DNA from: Macrostomum lignano
Lineage: Eukaryota
Reading direction: 5' to 3'
DNA: 64,000 nucleotides
Assembly: GCA_002269645.1 (NCBI GenBank)
Contig: NIVC01001523.1
Span: forward strand, 1-64,000
The position numbers and the translations under genes were made by a program. Shown piece after piece: positions 49,901 to 60,920 of the stretch (positions are counted from its first letter, which is position 1; each line of letters starts with the position of its first letter). The notes under the pieces were generated by a model. The model searched no databases. It had not been told where the DNA came from and worked only from the letters and a program-made list of their open reading frames with translations.

Positions 49901-52900
49901 TCAGGAGTCAGGTGAGCTATTGGGTCAGGAGTCAGGTGAGCGATTGGGTCAGGAGTCAGGTGAATGATTGGGTCAGGAGTTAGGTGAGCGATTGGGTCAG
50001 GAGTCAGGTGAATGATTGGGTCAGGAGTCAGGTGAATGATTGGGTCAGGAGTCAGGTGAATGATTGGGTCAGGAGTTAGGTGAGCGATTGGGTCAGGAGT
50101 CAGGTGAATGATTGGGTCAGGAGTCAGGTGAATGATTGGGTCAGGAGTCAGGTGAGCTATTGGGTAAGGAGTCAGGTGAATGATTGGGTCAGGAGTCAGG
50201 TGAATGATTGGGTCAGGAGTCAGGTGAATGATTGGGTCAGGAGTCAGGTCAGCTACTGGGTCAGGAGTCAGGTGAGCTATTGGGTCAGGAGTCAGGTGAA
50301 CTATTGGGTCAGGAGTCAGGTGAACTATTGGGTCAGGAGTCAGGTGAGCTATTGGGTCTAGAGTCAGGTGAGCGATTGGGTCAGGAGTCAATTGAACTAT
50401 TGGTGAGGACTCGGGAATCGGGTGAATGATTGGGTCAGGAGTCATGTGAGCGATTTGATAAGAATTCATGAGACAAATCACGATAAAAAAGCGCTCAGGT
50501 ATATAGTTTCTATTTCAGATCATTACTAACAAATCCGACAGCAGGCCTCCATGAAACGCACCAGCGGATTGGGATCTGGCTAATTATATATCATAGTTCC
50601 AGTTGTGCTCCATTAAAAAAATACCCCAGTCAGCAGGTAACTGAAACTCCAGACAGGGAGATAGAGAGACATTGGGAAGAGATTTTTTTAGTCGGGAAAT
50701 GTGAACGTTTTTAGATGATTTGCCAATTTATTTGATGGGACTTTACGTGCACCAGTAGTTAGTCGCAAATATGATCATATATTAGATTGCCCAGATTCGT
50801 AATTAAGTCATGCATCAGCAATCGGGCTGAGAAGTTTTGGCGCAATTAGAGTATGGGTCCGTCCTAAAATATATGATATAGGGATTTATAAGGTGTCTAA
50901 TGGCTTTGCAATAGATAACCAGGCGCTTCGTCTCTTGGGCAGCACCCAAAGACATTCCCAAAGACAGCGCTCCCTCCCAAAGACAGCGTCCCTTTCCCAA
51001 AGACAGCGTCCCTTTCTCAAAGACAGCGTCCCTTTCCCAAAGACAGTGTCCCTTTCTCAAAGACAGCGTCCCTTTCTCAAAGACAGCGTCCCTTTCTCAA
51101 AGACAGCGTCCCTTTCTCAAAGACAGCGTCCCTTTCCCAAAGACAGCGTCCCTTTCTCAAAGACAGCGTCCCTTTCCCAAAGACAGCGTCCCTTTCTGAA
51201 AGACAGCGTCCCTTTCCCAAAGACAGCCTCCCTTTCTCAAAGACAGCGTCCCTTTCCCAAAGACAGCGTCCCTTTTTCAAAGACAGCGTCCCTTTCCCAA
51301 AGACAGCGTCCCTTTCTCAAAGACAGCGTCCCTTTCTCAAAGACAGCGTCCCTTTCTCAAAGACAGCGTCCCTTTTACAAAGACAGCGTCCCTTTCTCAA
51401 AGACAGAGTCCCTTTCTCAAAAACAGAGTCCCTTTCTCAAAGACAGCGTTCCTTTTGCAAAGACAGCGTCCCTTTCTCAAAGACAGCGTCCCTTTCCCAA
51501 AGACAGCGTCCCTTTCTCAAAGACAGCGTTCCTTTCTCAAAGACAGCGTCCCTTTCTCAAAGACAGCGTCCCTTTCTCAAAGACAGCGTCCCTTTCTCAA
51601 AGACAGCGTCCCTTTTACAAAGACAGTGTCCCTTTCTCAAAGACAGAGTCCCTTTCTCAAAAGCAGCGTCCCTTTCTCAAAGACAGCGTTCCTTTTGCAA
51701 AGACAGCGTCCCTTTCCCAAAGACAGCGTCCCTTTCTCAAAGACAGCGTCCCTTTCTCAAAGACAGCGTCCCTTTCCCAAAGACAGCGTCCCTTTCCCAA
51801 AGACAGCGTCTCTTTCCCAAAGACAGCGTCCCTTTCCCAAAGACAGCGTCCCTTTCCCAAAGACAGCGTCCCTTTCTCAAAGACAGCGTCCCTTTCCCAA
51901 AGACAGCGTCCCTTTCTCAAAGACAGCGTCCCTTTCTCAAAGACAGCGTCCCTTTCCCAAAGACAGCGTCCCTTTCTCAAATACAGCGTCCCTTTCTCAA
52001 AGACAGCGTCCCTTTCTCAAAGACAGCGTCCCTTTCTCAAAGACAGCGTCCCTTTCCCAAAGACAGCGTCCCTTTCTCAAAGACAGCGTCCCTTTCCCAA
52101 AGACAGCGTCCCTTTCTCAAAGACAGCGTCCCTTTCCCAAAGACAGCGTCCCTTTCTCAAAGACAGCGTCCCTTTCCCAAAGACAGCGTCCCTTTTGCAA
52201 AGACAGCGCTCCTTCTCAAAGAGCCTCTTCACGGCAATCGGTTCTAGAACCAGAATAAATTCGAGTTCTAGAACCAGAACCAGTGTGATTGTGAAATGAG
52301 GAGCTTCGAACCCATTTATGTTTGACAGTCTTTACAATTTAATTTTGTCGTTCTTTGACTTTGTTTCCTCTTGGATATGACAAGAAACGGAATAATTATA
52401 CAACAATAATAGAAAATTGACGATTTCAAATATATTTTACTGTTAAAGTGTAAACATGACAACGGTTCGAGAAAATTTCTCGAACCATATTCCAGAACCT
52501 GAACCATGTTCCGGAACTGATTCTGTTTTTCGAACCATCGATATGAAGAGCGTCGAACCCGTTCGGAACTGGTTCCGTTTTTCGAACCGGCGATATGAAG
52601 AGGCTCAAAGACAGCGCTCCCTCCCAAAGACAGCGTCCTTTCGCAAAGACAGCAACCCTTACCAAATGCAGCACCCCTCCCTTACGACAGCAGCCCTTTT
52701 CAATGACACGGTTGTTACCTAAGGACAGCACAAAAAACTTTTGATATGAGAAGAAGCAAAAACCACTTTCTAAATATTTCCAACACTATAGTCCACCTCT
52801 ATTCGTGTTTCTCAGGACTTAACTATCACTGTGGCTTCGAATCTGTCGTCGGCAGAAATTCGTTTAGTGAACGACCCAGATGAGCCGCACAGAATCAATA

Positions 52901-54560
52901 AGCAATCTTTTATCGGTGAGTCGTATTTGAAACGATATTAGCTATCAATTAAAATTCAGTTGAGCTCCAGTTTACCCTGATGCGATTGGGTTGCAGCTCT
53001 GAGCTGCGCTAGAAATACAGGACCCTACACAGTGCCAGCACTGTACAAGGCCACCTTACTGCAACGGGTCCAGAGTATTTCCATATGCAGGTACATGTAA
53101 ACGCGTTTACCTGCAAAGATTCAGCTTGCTTGTGTACTGATCGTTGCGTGCGCTTTTATAACGCACGTTAGGATCCGGCCCTCCTGGATGCACAAGCAAA
53201 CCCCAAATCGACATGCAACCACCCTGACATGTTCATGTCAAACTGTACCACTTTGGCACGAACACAACTTGAACATTTAAATCAATCATTTTGCAAATGA
53301 GCAGATGAGCAAGAGTGGTTCCTGTACAAGCACATCGAGACGGAGCAGAAAGAGCTGGCATGCGAGTACACGGACCCTGGCTCGATCCGGCCAGCCCTGT
53401 CTGTCAAGTGCAGAGCGGCTCGGAGACCGGCTTATTTTATTTGGAATATTTTTCTGGTCACGGTAAGATGCTGATTGTTTGGGTGTTATCAATCACTGTC
53501 TAGCTAAAATGACTCTGACTCTCACACCACACGACCCCAATCTGGCGTTGTGGTGCGATTAACGCCAGCAGGACCAGTGTACACATGCCTGACGATTAAA
53601 AGTAACACCCTGTGCGAGAGTGTGCATGAGTGCAGTGCCTGAGTTCAGTATTGGCGCACCTAAATGTGCTCAGGAGGGAAGAATTGCCTCAGCGCTAGTG
53701 GTCCAGGACGATGTCTCCCGAAGCTCTGCGCCAGCTCAGCCGTCCTGTTTATATTATTATTTTAAATAATATTAGTAACTGTTGCTCGAAAATATATTCG
53801 TCCGTGAGGCTAGAGTGTGCTTATATTTATTTTATAAGCGGAACAATGGCTTTTTAGAGTCGAGAAGAGTCTCAATAAAATCTATATACAAATTCGGGGG
53901 CTATTTAGGCACTTAATTAACTCTCTCAATATGAATTTACTTCATCACAATTGCATTCAATTAATTCTCTCATCGCCTACTGCAGTTCCTAATCTGCTCC
54001 CTGTCGCTAGTGACATTCGCGGTGAAGCGCGATCTGCCTCAGAACCGGCTCCAGCTGACGTTCACTCTCGTGCTCACTTTGGTCGCCTTTAAATTTGTCG
54101 TCAATCAATGCCTGCCTAAGATATCCTACTTAACTTATTTGGTAAGTAGCAAATTGAGCGTTTTTTCTAGTAAATTTATCATTTTTACTCAAAATAAATA
54201 ATTTCAATATTTTTCGGACCAGGACAAGTACGTGATCAGTAGTTTGTTTATCCTGACGCTGATCTGTCTCTGGCATGGACTCATAGTAGTTATTGACAAG
54301 ATCATTCTGGAGCACTTCGGCATGGTTTGGGACAACCTTGAGACCTACGTCATCATTGGCATGGCGTTCAGCTATGTGGCTTACAATGTTGGCTTTGTAA
54401 TCATGATCTTTTCTGTGGTAAGTTACACTGAAGACACAAAGATCGAATGAATACTACTGTAGTTGTAGTATGATAACTTTCCTAATATTGTCGTTCGCAT
54501 TTCAAACCCCAGGCATGCAAGAGACGGAGAATCATGAAACAAAAGGACAGAGAGTACACG
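46918..54560 (+). CDS. Cys-less (Pro-loop) pentameric ligand-gated ion channel subunit; exons 46918-47106, 49092-49232, 49598-49786, 52816-52915, 53305-53462, 53986-54141, 54223-54417, 54513-54560; last exon uncertain
   Basis: IGEIDTIKEQFAADV...WREPEL, WTPKLYIEN, LELNHFPFDVQDL (Pro-loop with no cysteines) and RRPAYFIWNIF (pre-M1/M1). M2 is RLQLTFTLVLTLVAF with L9', followed by LPKISYLTYLDKY and M3/M4 with a very short loop. All splice phases are consistent. Confidence 0.9.
48345..49018. repeat. 22 bp minisatellite (gttacactgtccaatcaaacgg)
   Basis: About 30 copies in pLGIC intron 1. Confidence 0.95.
49240..49520. repeat. Degenerate 30 bp repeat (cccataccacaagtttcccacactctaatt)
   Basis: Imperfect periodicity in pLGIC intron 2. 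Confidence 0.7.
49800..50455. repeat. 24 bp minisatellite (gagtcaggtgaatgattgggtcag)
   Basis: About 27 copies starting next to the exon 3 donor. Confidence 0.93.
50950..52220. repeat. 20 bp minisatellite (aagacagcgtccctttctca)
   Basis: About 63 copies; a few more units resume after the MITE at 52610. Confidence 0.95.
52221..52606. mobile_element. PIF/Harbinger-type MITE, copy A
   Basis: TIRs GAGCCTCTTCA / TGAAGAGGCTC, with a 3-bp TSD (AAA) from the host repeat unit ttctc-aaa-gacagcg. Internal GTTC..GAAC palindromes. Confidence 0.75.
53520..53750 (+). mobile_element. 5'-truncated, diverged SINE sharing the central body of the 310/15480 family
   Basis: The blocks aatctggc..gtgcgattaacgcc, agtgtacacatgcctgacgatt, tgctcagg and tgcgccag are colinear with the reverse complement of copies 1 and 2. 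Confidence 0.6.
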
Positions 54561-54827
54561 GTAAGCTGATCCAGGCTACATAATAACATATACATGTACT
54601 AATTGTTAAGTCCCTGTGTTTGGTAAGGGTTAATGATAGCACCTTTCAGTAGGTACGTATAGGTGACAGGGTTAATGATACTATCTTCGATCAAGCACCT
54701 GTCAATAAGTCTGTAGGTATGAGGGTTAATATGATACTATCCTTAGGCGCATGTCTGCTAGTCTGTATAGGTTACGGGGGGCTAGTACTATCCTCCCAAT
54801 GAAGTGGTGCCTGTAAATACTGTCCAG

Positions 54828-55076
54828 TTTACTAAAATTGGCAATGTAGGAGCGAGTGAAAATGCAGATGCGCTCAAAAGGAATGCGAGCGAAACGGATG
54901 CTGCAACAGACGCATCAGCTGCACGAGGTGAAGGAGAACGGACAGTCGCCTGCGGTTGCATTCATATAAACGTAAAAACAATGACTTTTTTCTCAATTCC
55001 CAAAATCTTATTCTGCATGTACTTCGTAATTTTGATAGTATATGTACCTGCTTTTACACGATGTACATGTAACTAA
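54828..55076 (+). CDS. Candidate terminal exon of the Cys-less pLGIC (FTKIGNVGASENADALKRN...)
   Basis: tactgtccag| is a phase-0 acceptor followed by a GC/Ala-rich open frame. An alternative acceptor at 54649 would give an immediate TAG. Confidence 0.4.
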   Translation, partial: FTKIGNVGASENADALKRNASETDAATDASAARGEGERTVACGCIHINVKTMTFFSIPKILFCMYFVILIVYVPAFTRCTCN

Positions 55077-55339
55077 GGTTGTTGGTATCGAAACTTTTTT
55101 GAACTCGACTTTAAGAATACTTTTAAAAACCCAGTGATATTACTCGTATATAATAAGTCATAATTATAGATGTATGACCTGCACGAATTGCAGCAATTTG
55201 TACCGATTTGCATAAATTTGGATAACCTGAAGAATGTACATATATGAATGGCTATGCCACTGCAACACTGTAAAATGATTGTTTTCTTGATAGAGGAAAC
55301 TTCCACCAAAGAATTTTCGCCAAGCTGTTAGATAGGAAC

Positions 55340-55892
55340 TTCACCTGTTAGACAAGAGTGTCACCTGTTAGACAGGAGTGTCACCTGATGGATAGGGATG
55401 TCACCTGTTAGACAGAGGTGTTATCTGTTAGACAGGGATGTTATCTTTTAGACAGAGATGTCATCTGTTAGACAGGGATGTTACCTGTTAGACAGAGATG
55501 TCATCTGTTAGACAGGGATGTTTTTTGTTAGACAGAGATGTTATCTGCTAGACAGGGATGTTATTTGTTAGACAGAGATGTTATCTGCTAGACAGAGATG
55601 TTATCTGTTAGACAGGGATGTTATTTGTTAGACAGAGATGTTATCTGCTAGACAGAGATGTTATCTGTTAGACAGGGATGTTATTTGTTAGACAGAGATG
55701 TTATCTGCTAGACAGAGATGTTATCTGTTAGACAGGGATGTCACCTGTTAGACAGGGATGTCACCTGTTAGACAGGGATGTCATCTAGACAGGGATGTCA
55801 CCTGTTAAACAGGGATGTCACCTGTTAAACAGGGATGTCACCTGTTAAACAGGGATGTCATCTGTTAGCCAACAGTGTTACCTGTTAGAAAA
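55340..55892. repeat. 20 bp minisatellite (cacctgttagacagggatgt)
   Basis: Tandem periodicity; reverse complement of the 16250 unit family. Confidence 0.92.
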
Positions 55893-57372
55893 TATGACCA
55901 AACTTTTTATCAAATCACGGCGTGTGGGATGACCTTTACAATAAGCTACCAACTCTTAGCACCTTAAAAACGAGAAACCCTTAATCAGTTCATACTACCC
56001 ATAGTACCCATACCATCCACAGCGCTTCATATAACTTTAAGATTGCTTGCACTACGAGTATACACTAGTTCAATACTACATAATTGACATATCATACAAA
56101 TATACATAAACTTAAGTTATTATTCGTTCGATTTCGTACAAACATATTTTCCTAACACTTTTTAGATTTGCTTAACAATTTTATATAACATCTGTTGCGA
56201 TACTACTACTGATACTATTTTGTAGCTGCAGTATCGTGCAACTTTTGTTAATTTACTACTTGTAAATAGTTTCTCACGTTACTTGGTTATTTCGAAAATT
56301 ACCTAAATTACAATTGAGTATATTACATGTACCTAAATATTATGATTGTCATTTTCGCATACTTCGTACTTAATCAAATTAACTCTGAATTTTATTTGAC
56401 CATATAGGGGTTGTCGATCAAATATGTGTACCATTATTTTAACTGCAATCTATATTGCACTTAAAGCGACTACATACAATGTCTCAATTTCTTCTCTTTG
56501 ATTATATTTTAAAATGTGACTACTTTTTTACTTAACACGAATCTATCATACTTATCCTTGCAAAGAACTTGTCATAATTACGCTCATATACTCAACAATA
56601 CAGACCTAACAACCGATTTTGAGTCTGTTGCAAAATTTTCTCTAATATTTTGCACGCCTACTTGTAGTAGTGTAAATAGGAACTGCATCTCAGTTGAATA
56701 ATAATTCATAAAATATTATCTATTTTCCAAATAAATGAACACGTGACTTCATTTGTTGCAGTTTCATGTTTTTGTAGCTTTAAAAAGCAACGCAAGTGAG
56801 TCTAAACAACTGACAAGAAGTTTCAGCTGCATGGGGACAAGTTATAAAAAACAACTGCAGTTATGATTTTTTTCTAGATCTTTCGCCTTCAGCTCAAAGA
56901 TAGAGACTACAGGTAATACTTTTTATCTGACACAAAAACGGAATTAGCCCGAGACGAGAGAGAAAGGTCACGAGCTGAGCTGGGTAAAAGTAGAACATTA
57001 TTTTCAATACGATACATTAGTTTTAATCCAATGACGTCTAATTTGCTTCACCCGTCAGATCTACTGTAATAATCGTACTGATCGTGACTAACACAAGTGA
57101 AGCCTGCTGCAGCAACAAGACAATTTCCCTGACTGAATCTCTCTCTGACCTACGCATTTCCTTGCCCCCACCCCACCACCTCATTTACTTCGTGCGTCAC
57201 GCATTTGCCTCGTGCTTTTGGGGAAAAAGGGGCAAAGGGCCTTGTCGCAAGACCTGAGACAGCTAGGTCCTGGGGAGGGGGGAGTCGGGAGGTTACGGTT
57301 GTGTTTGATGACGGCTTCAACCTTTTCTGGTTAGTTAAAGACAGCTGCCCTCGGCCCGGCCCGTCCCTCAGG

Positions 57373-58266
57373 TAGGGATTCCAAAATCCCGACATTTTAC
57401 AATCCCGGGATTGAATAGTCCCGAAATCCCGATGCTGTTGAAATCCCGGGATTCAAAATCCCGGAATCCCGGTGCTTTTGCAATCCCGGGATTAAAAATC
57501 CCGGGATTCGATTCCCAAAAAAATCCCGGGATTCAAATCCCGGATTTTTGGCCCCAATCCCGGGATCCCGGGATCCCGGGATTGGAATCCTAAGACGGAC
57601 TGTGCGGCGTGCCGCGTGCAGTAGTCATGGTCTCGCGACTCTCAGAGTCTCAGGGCCTTTTCATATTACCAATTCCAGAACCAGAATCGGTTCGGAATTC
57701 CAAGAAAAACAGCAGTATAACTATTAAACTCTGTTAATATTTGACTGCCTTAACAGCCTCACTTTGCACGATTTTTCACTTTCTTTTTGGCGACTGTCAT
57801 TCAATGATAAAAACTTTATAGCACGTATCTCCCTCTAGTTATGGAGACAAAAAGTTATACTTCACAAATTGGTTCTGGTTCTGGAACCAGAACAAGCACT
57901 ATGAAAAGGCCCTCAGTCTCGTCTCGTGGTGTAAAACGAAAAAAAGTTAAAATTATCTATCATTTACAGTTCACATTAACAATTTTTAGCTCAATTAGGA
58001 CAGGAGCTTTGCAAAATGTTTAACGTTTCATTGAGAAACAGCAAAAACAAATAAATGTTTTATTATTCAAATAAACGTTTAGACTTTAAATTATCTAATT
58101 TAGGCATCGAAAGGTTGTTCTAATCCCGGACCAATCCCGGGATTAAGGCCTTGAAATCCCGGGATCCCGATCCCGGACTTTTGCAATCCCGGGATTAGAA
58201 ATCCCGGGATTCGATTCCCAAAAAAATCCCGGGATTCAAATCCCGGATTTTTGGCCCCAATCCCTA
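57373..58266. mobile_element. Non-autonomous hAT element with (AATCCCGGGATT)-rich arms
   Basis: TIRs TAGGGATT / AATCCCTA and an exact 8-bp TSD CCCTCAGG at 57365-57372 and 58267-58274. Confidence 0.8.
57653..57912. mobile_element. PIF/Harbinger-type MITE, copy B, nested in the hAT element
   Basis: TIRs GGGCCTTTTCATA / TATGAAAAGGCCC and a 3-bp TSD (TCA). The TIR is related to that of 52221-52606. Confidence 0.78.
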
Positions 58267-58774
58267 CCCTCAGGCCTCAGGCTAACTAAGAATTAACAGC
58301 CATCTTTCTCCGGCAACTGCACTGCACTGCATAGTGCATACAGGCGTATAGTTGTAGGTCAATTTCTTTAGCATTTCTATCTATTCCTATAGCTGTGCCA
58401 TAAATTTTACCGTCAATTGTAGCTCGTATTAGCTCGAGAATGCAGTGCAGACAAAAGCGATATAAAGATCCAGACTCAGTTCTCTCTGCATATACTACGA
58501 GTGTAGGTCAGACTGAATAAACTTGAGATTGAGAGCGTCCATGTGCAGTTATTATAATTGCCCCCAGCGATATCCAGGCCTAGCTCTCAACCTGCAACTG
58601 CAACCAACAGAATAAAAGGCCCCTGGGGTCTGGACTCCGTCTCGTGTCTATATTCAATTGACGAGATGCGTATACGATACAACTCACATGAAAACAATTT
58701 TGCTCCGACTGGTTTTAATTTGTTTTAAAATGAGCACAAAGTTTGAACTCTAATTTAAGCCGGTTCGGTCCAGA

Positions 58775-59349
58775 CTCCGGAGTCCGGCTTGCGGGCCATA
58801 TATGCGGCCCGCAAAGCCTCTCTATCCGGTTCATTGGACACTTAAGAATAGCAATCCGGCCCGCTCAAGGTTTGTCTCTTCTCAGTTATCTCTCCTGTTC
58901 TCCTCTCATCTCTCCTCTCCTCTTGGCTCTCTCCTCTTCTCTCCGATTCTCTTCTCTCCTCTCTTCTCTTCGACTCTACTCTCTCGTCTCATCTCATCTC
59001 CTCCCTCTCATCTCCTCTCTCCTCTCCTCTCCTATCCGCTCCTCTCCTCTCCGCTCCTCTCCTCTCCTCTTGGCTCGCTTATCTCCTCTCCTCTTCTCTC
59101 CGCTCCTCTACTCTACTCTCTCATCTCATCTCTCCCCTCTCATCTCAGCTCCTCAGTCCTCTCCCCTCTCCTCTATCTCTTTTTTCATAGCCGCTCTCAT
59201 CTCGCTTCTCACCTCCACTCTCTTTTGTCATCTCTCATCTCATCTTTCTTCTCTCTCCCCCATTCCCTCTCCTTTCCACTCTCATCTGGCCCGCAGCCAT
59301 GAGCTTGATTCTTTATCTGGCCCTTGAGGTCAAAAGTTTGCCCACCCCT
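58775..59349. mobile_element. Truncated hAT-Charlie-like element with an internal CT tract
   Basis: The right end AAGTTTGCCCACCCCTG (reverse complement CAGGGGTGGGCAAACTT) and ggcccgc subterminal motifs are typical of the family. The left TIR was not found. Confidence 0.55.
58880..59285. repeat. CT-rich low-complexity tract
   Basis: Direct observation. Confidence 0.9.
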
Positions 59350-60920
59350 GCTCTAAGAGCGCCAGAATGTACGCTCTTAAGTCTGCACATGTTACTGTCG
59401 TGTGCAGTTACAGTCGCGTGGACCACCCACGAGTTCGTGTGTGATTCAAGCGATTCGTACAGTATAGCAAAACAACAATGCAACCTATGCAAGGCAACAT
59501 GATAATAAGTGATCATAGAAATTTCTCAACAAGGCCAAAAAGTCATGTTTGCATTATTTAACGTGTGAATCATGGACTGATCAACTATGCGAGACTAATC
59601 ACGAAGCCATTTTAGTAGCCTATATTTACTGTATGCATGCCATAAGTCTACTCAAATAGAATTCTAATGGTTTATATTTTTGCCAATTGCCAGTATTGAA
59701 AAAGAAATTAATACATTAATACACGCTATTGCGTGGTATGTGTATCAAGTATGTATAGTTATTTAAAGGAAATATTAAATTGACAATGCCAATACGCTTG
59801 CCACTGCTAATGAATAAGTGAGCATCTGTAGATTACCACTCTGCACGAACACGAACATGCACAGAGACTAGGTACACATCCATCCTTGACTGCACAGGCA
59901 TGGCAAAGACATCGCTAGCTACTTCGCTATAGGTAGAGGCCCAGAGTGGCAGAGTATATGATATGACAAGCTACATGTATAGCTACATGCATATTATTAT
60001 GTTGCGCATTTCCGGCAACAGACCAACAGCTGCAATATTGTGCATGTGCATGCAGTACAGAACCGGCCAGCCGCCACTACAGTATAAATTACGACTTACG
60101 AGTCTATTTAATTGCATCATAATCATAACTATTGTAATAATTGGGCGGGTCTCTTAATCATTGCCAATTGCCCATGTATTATAGTATAATACATATTAGC
60201 TAGCTAGCTTACCACGTTATTTACATTGTCATTGAGTAATGCAGTAGTAGCCCCAAGTGGGGCTTGCTTAGTAAATGAATGAGTAAGTCAGTAAAATTCT
60301 ACCCCACGTCTTTCCGCACACCGCATGAACGTGCACAAATGGTATTATAATAGCCGAATTTCTAGAAAATGCTGAAAGAAAAACGAATGTACGCGCTTGT
60401 TAGTATTGTACTGTTGTACATACTGCCAAACGTACAAAGCATAACGTACATAAATCGTTGCCCCAGTGTACAATCAACAAATGCCTTAATTTTTACTGTA
60501 AGTAGGTAAAACGAATTTTGCATACAAATTTTATCTACCAGCTTAGTCAACACTACAATGCTGAAGCCAACAGTGACAGTTCATGCTTGCTCTTGTGCAA
60601 TAATAACGACCTTGAAATTTCTGTTACAAAATTTTTATCAGAAAATTGTAAATTGACTCTTACTATTTTTAATGATTGATTTTAAAAGGAATGAGAAAGG
60701 TTTTGAGTTTTATTTTTGTCAACAAATAAGGAAATATTTGTGTAGAAAAATAGTGGATCTACTTTATCCTACTTCACAGAGAAAACGTGACTCAGGCGAG
60801 TGGTGCCTTAAAAACGCTACTTCTTCACGTTAGACTCGTTTGATATCTCATCGAAAGCGCGCACGCACCGACATTTTACGTCTGCATTCTACATATCTTG
60901 CCGAATAATCAAAACTCAGT

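Noticed and set aside
50893-52299. 468-aa ORF (SQRQRPFLKDSVPFSKTA)n
   Set aside because: 20-bp satellite inside a pLGIC intron whose flanking exons join in frame without it.
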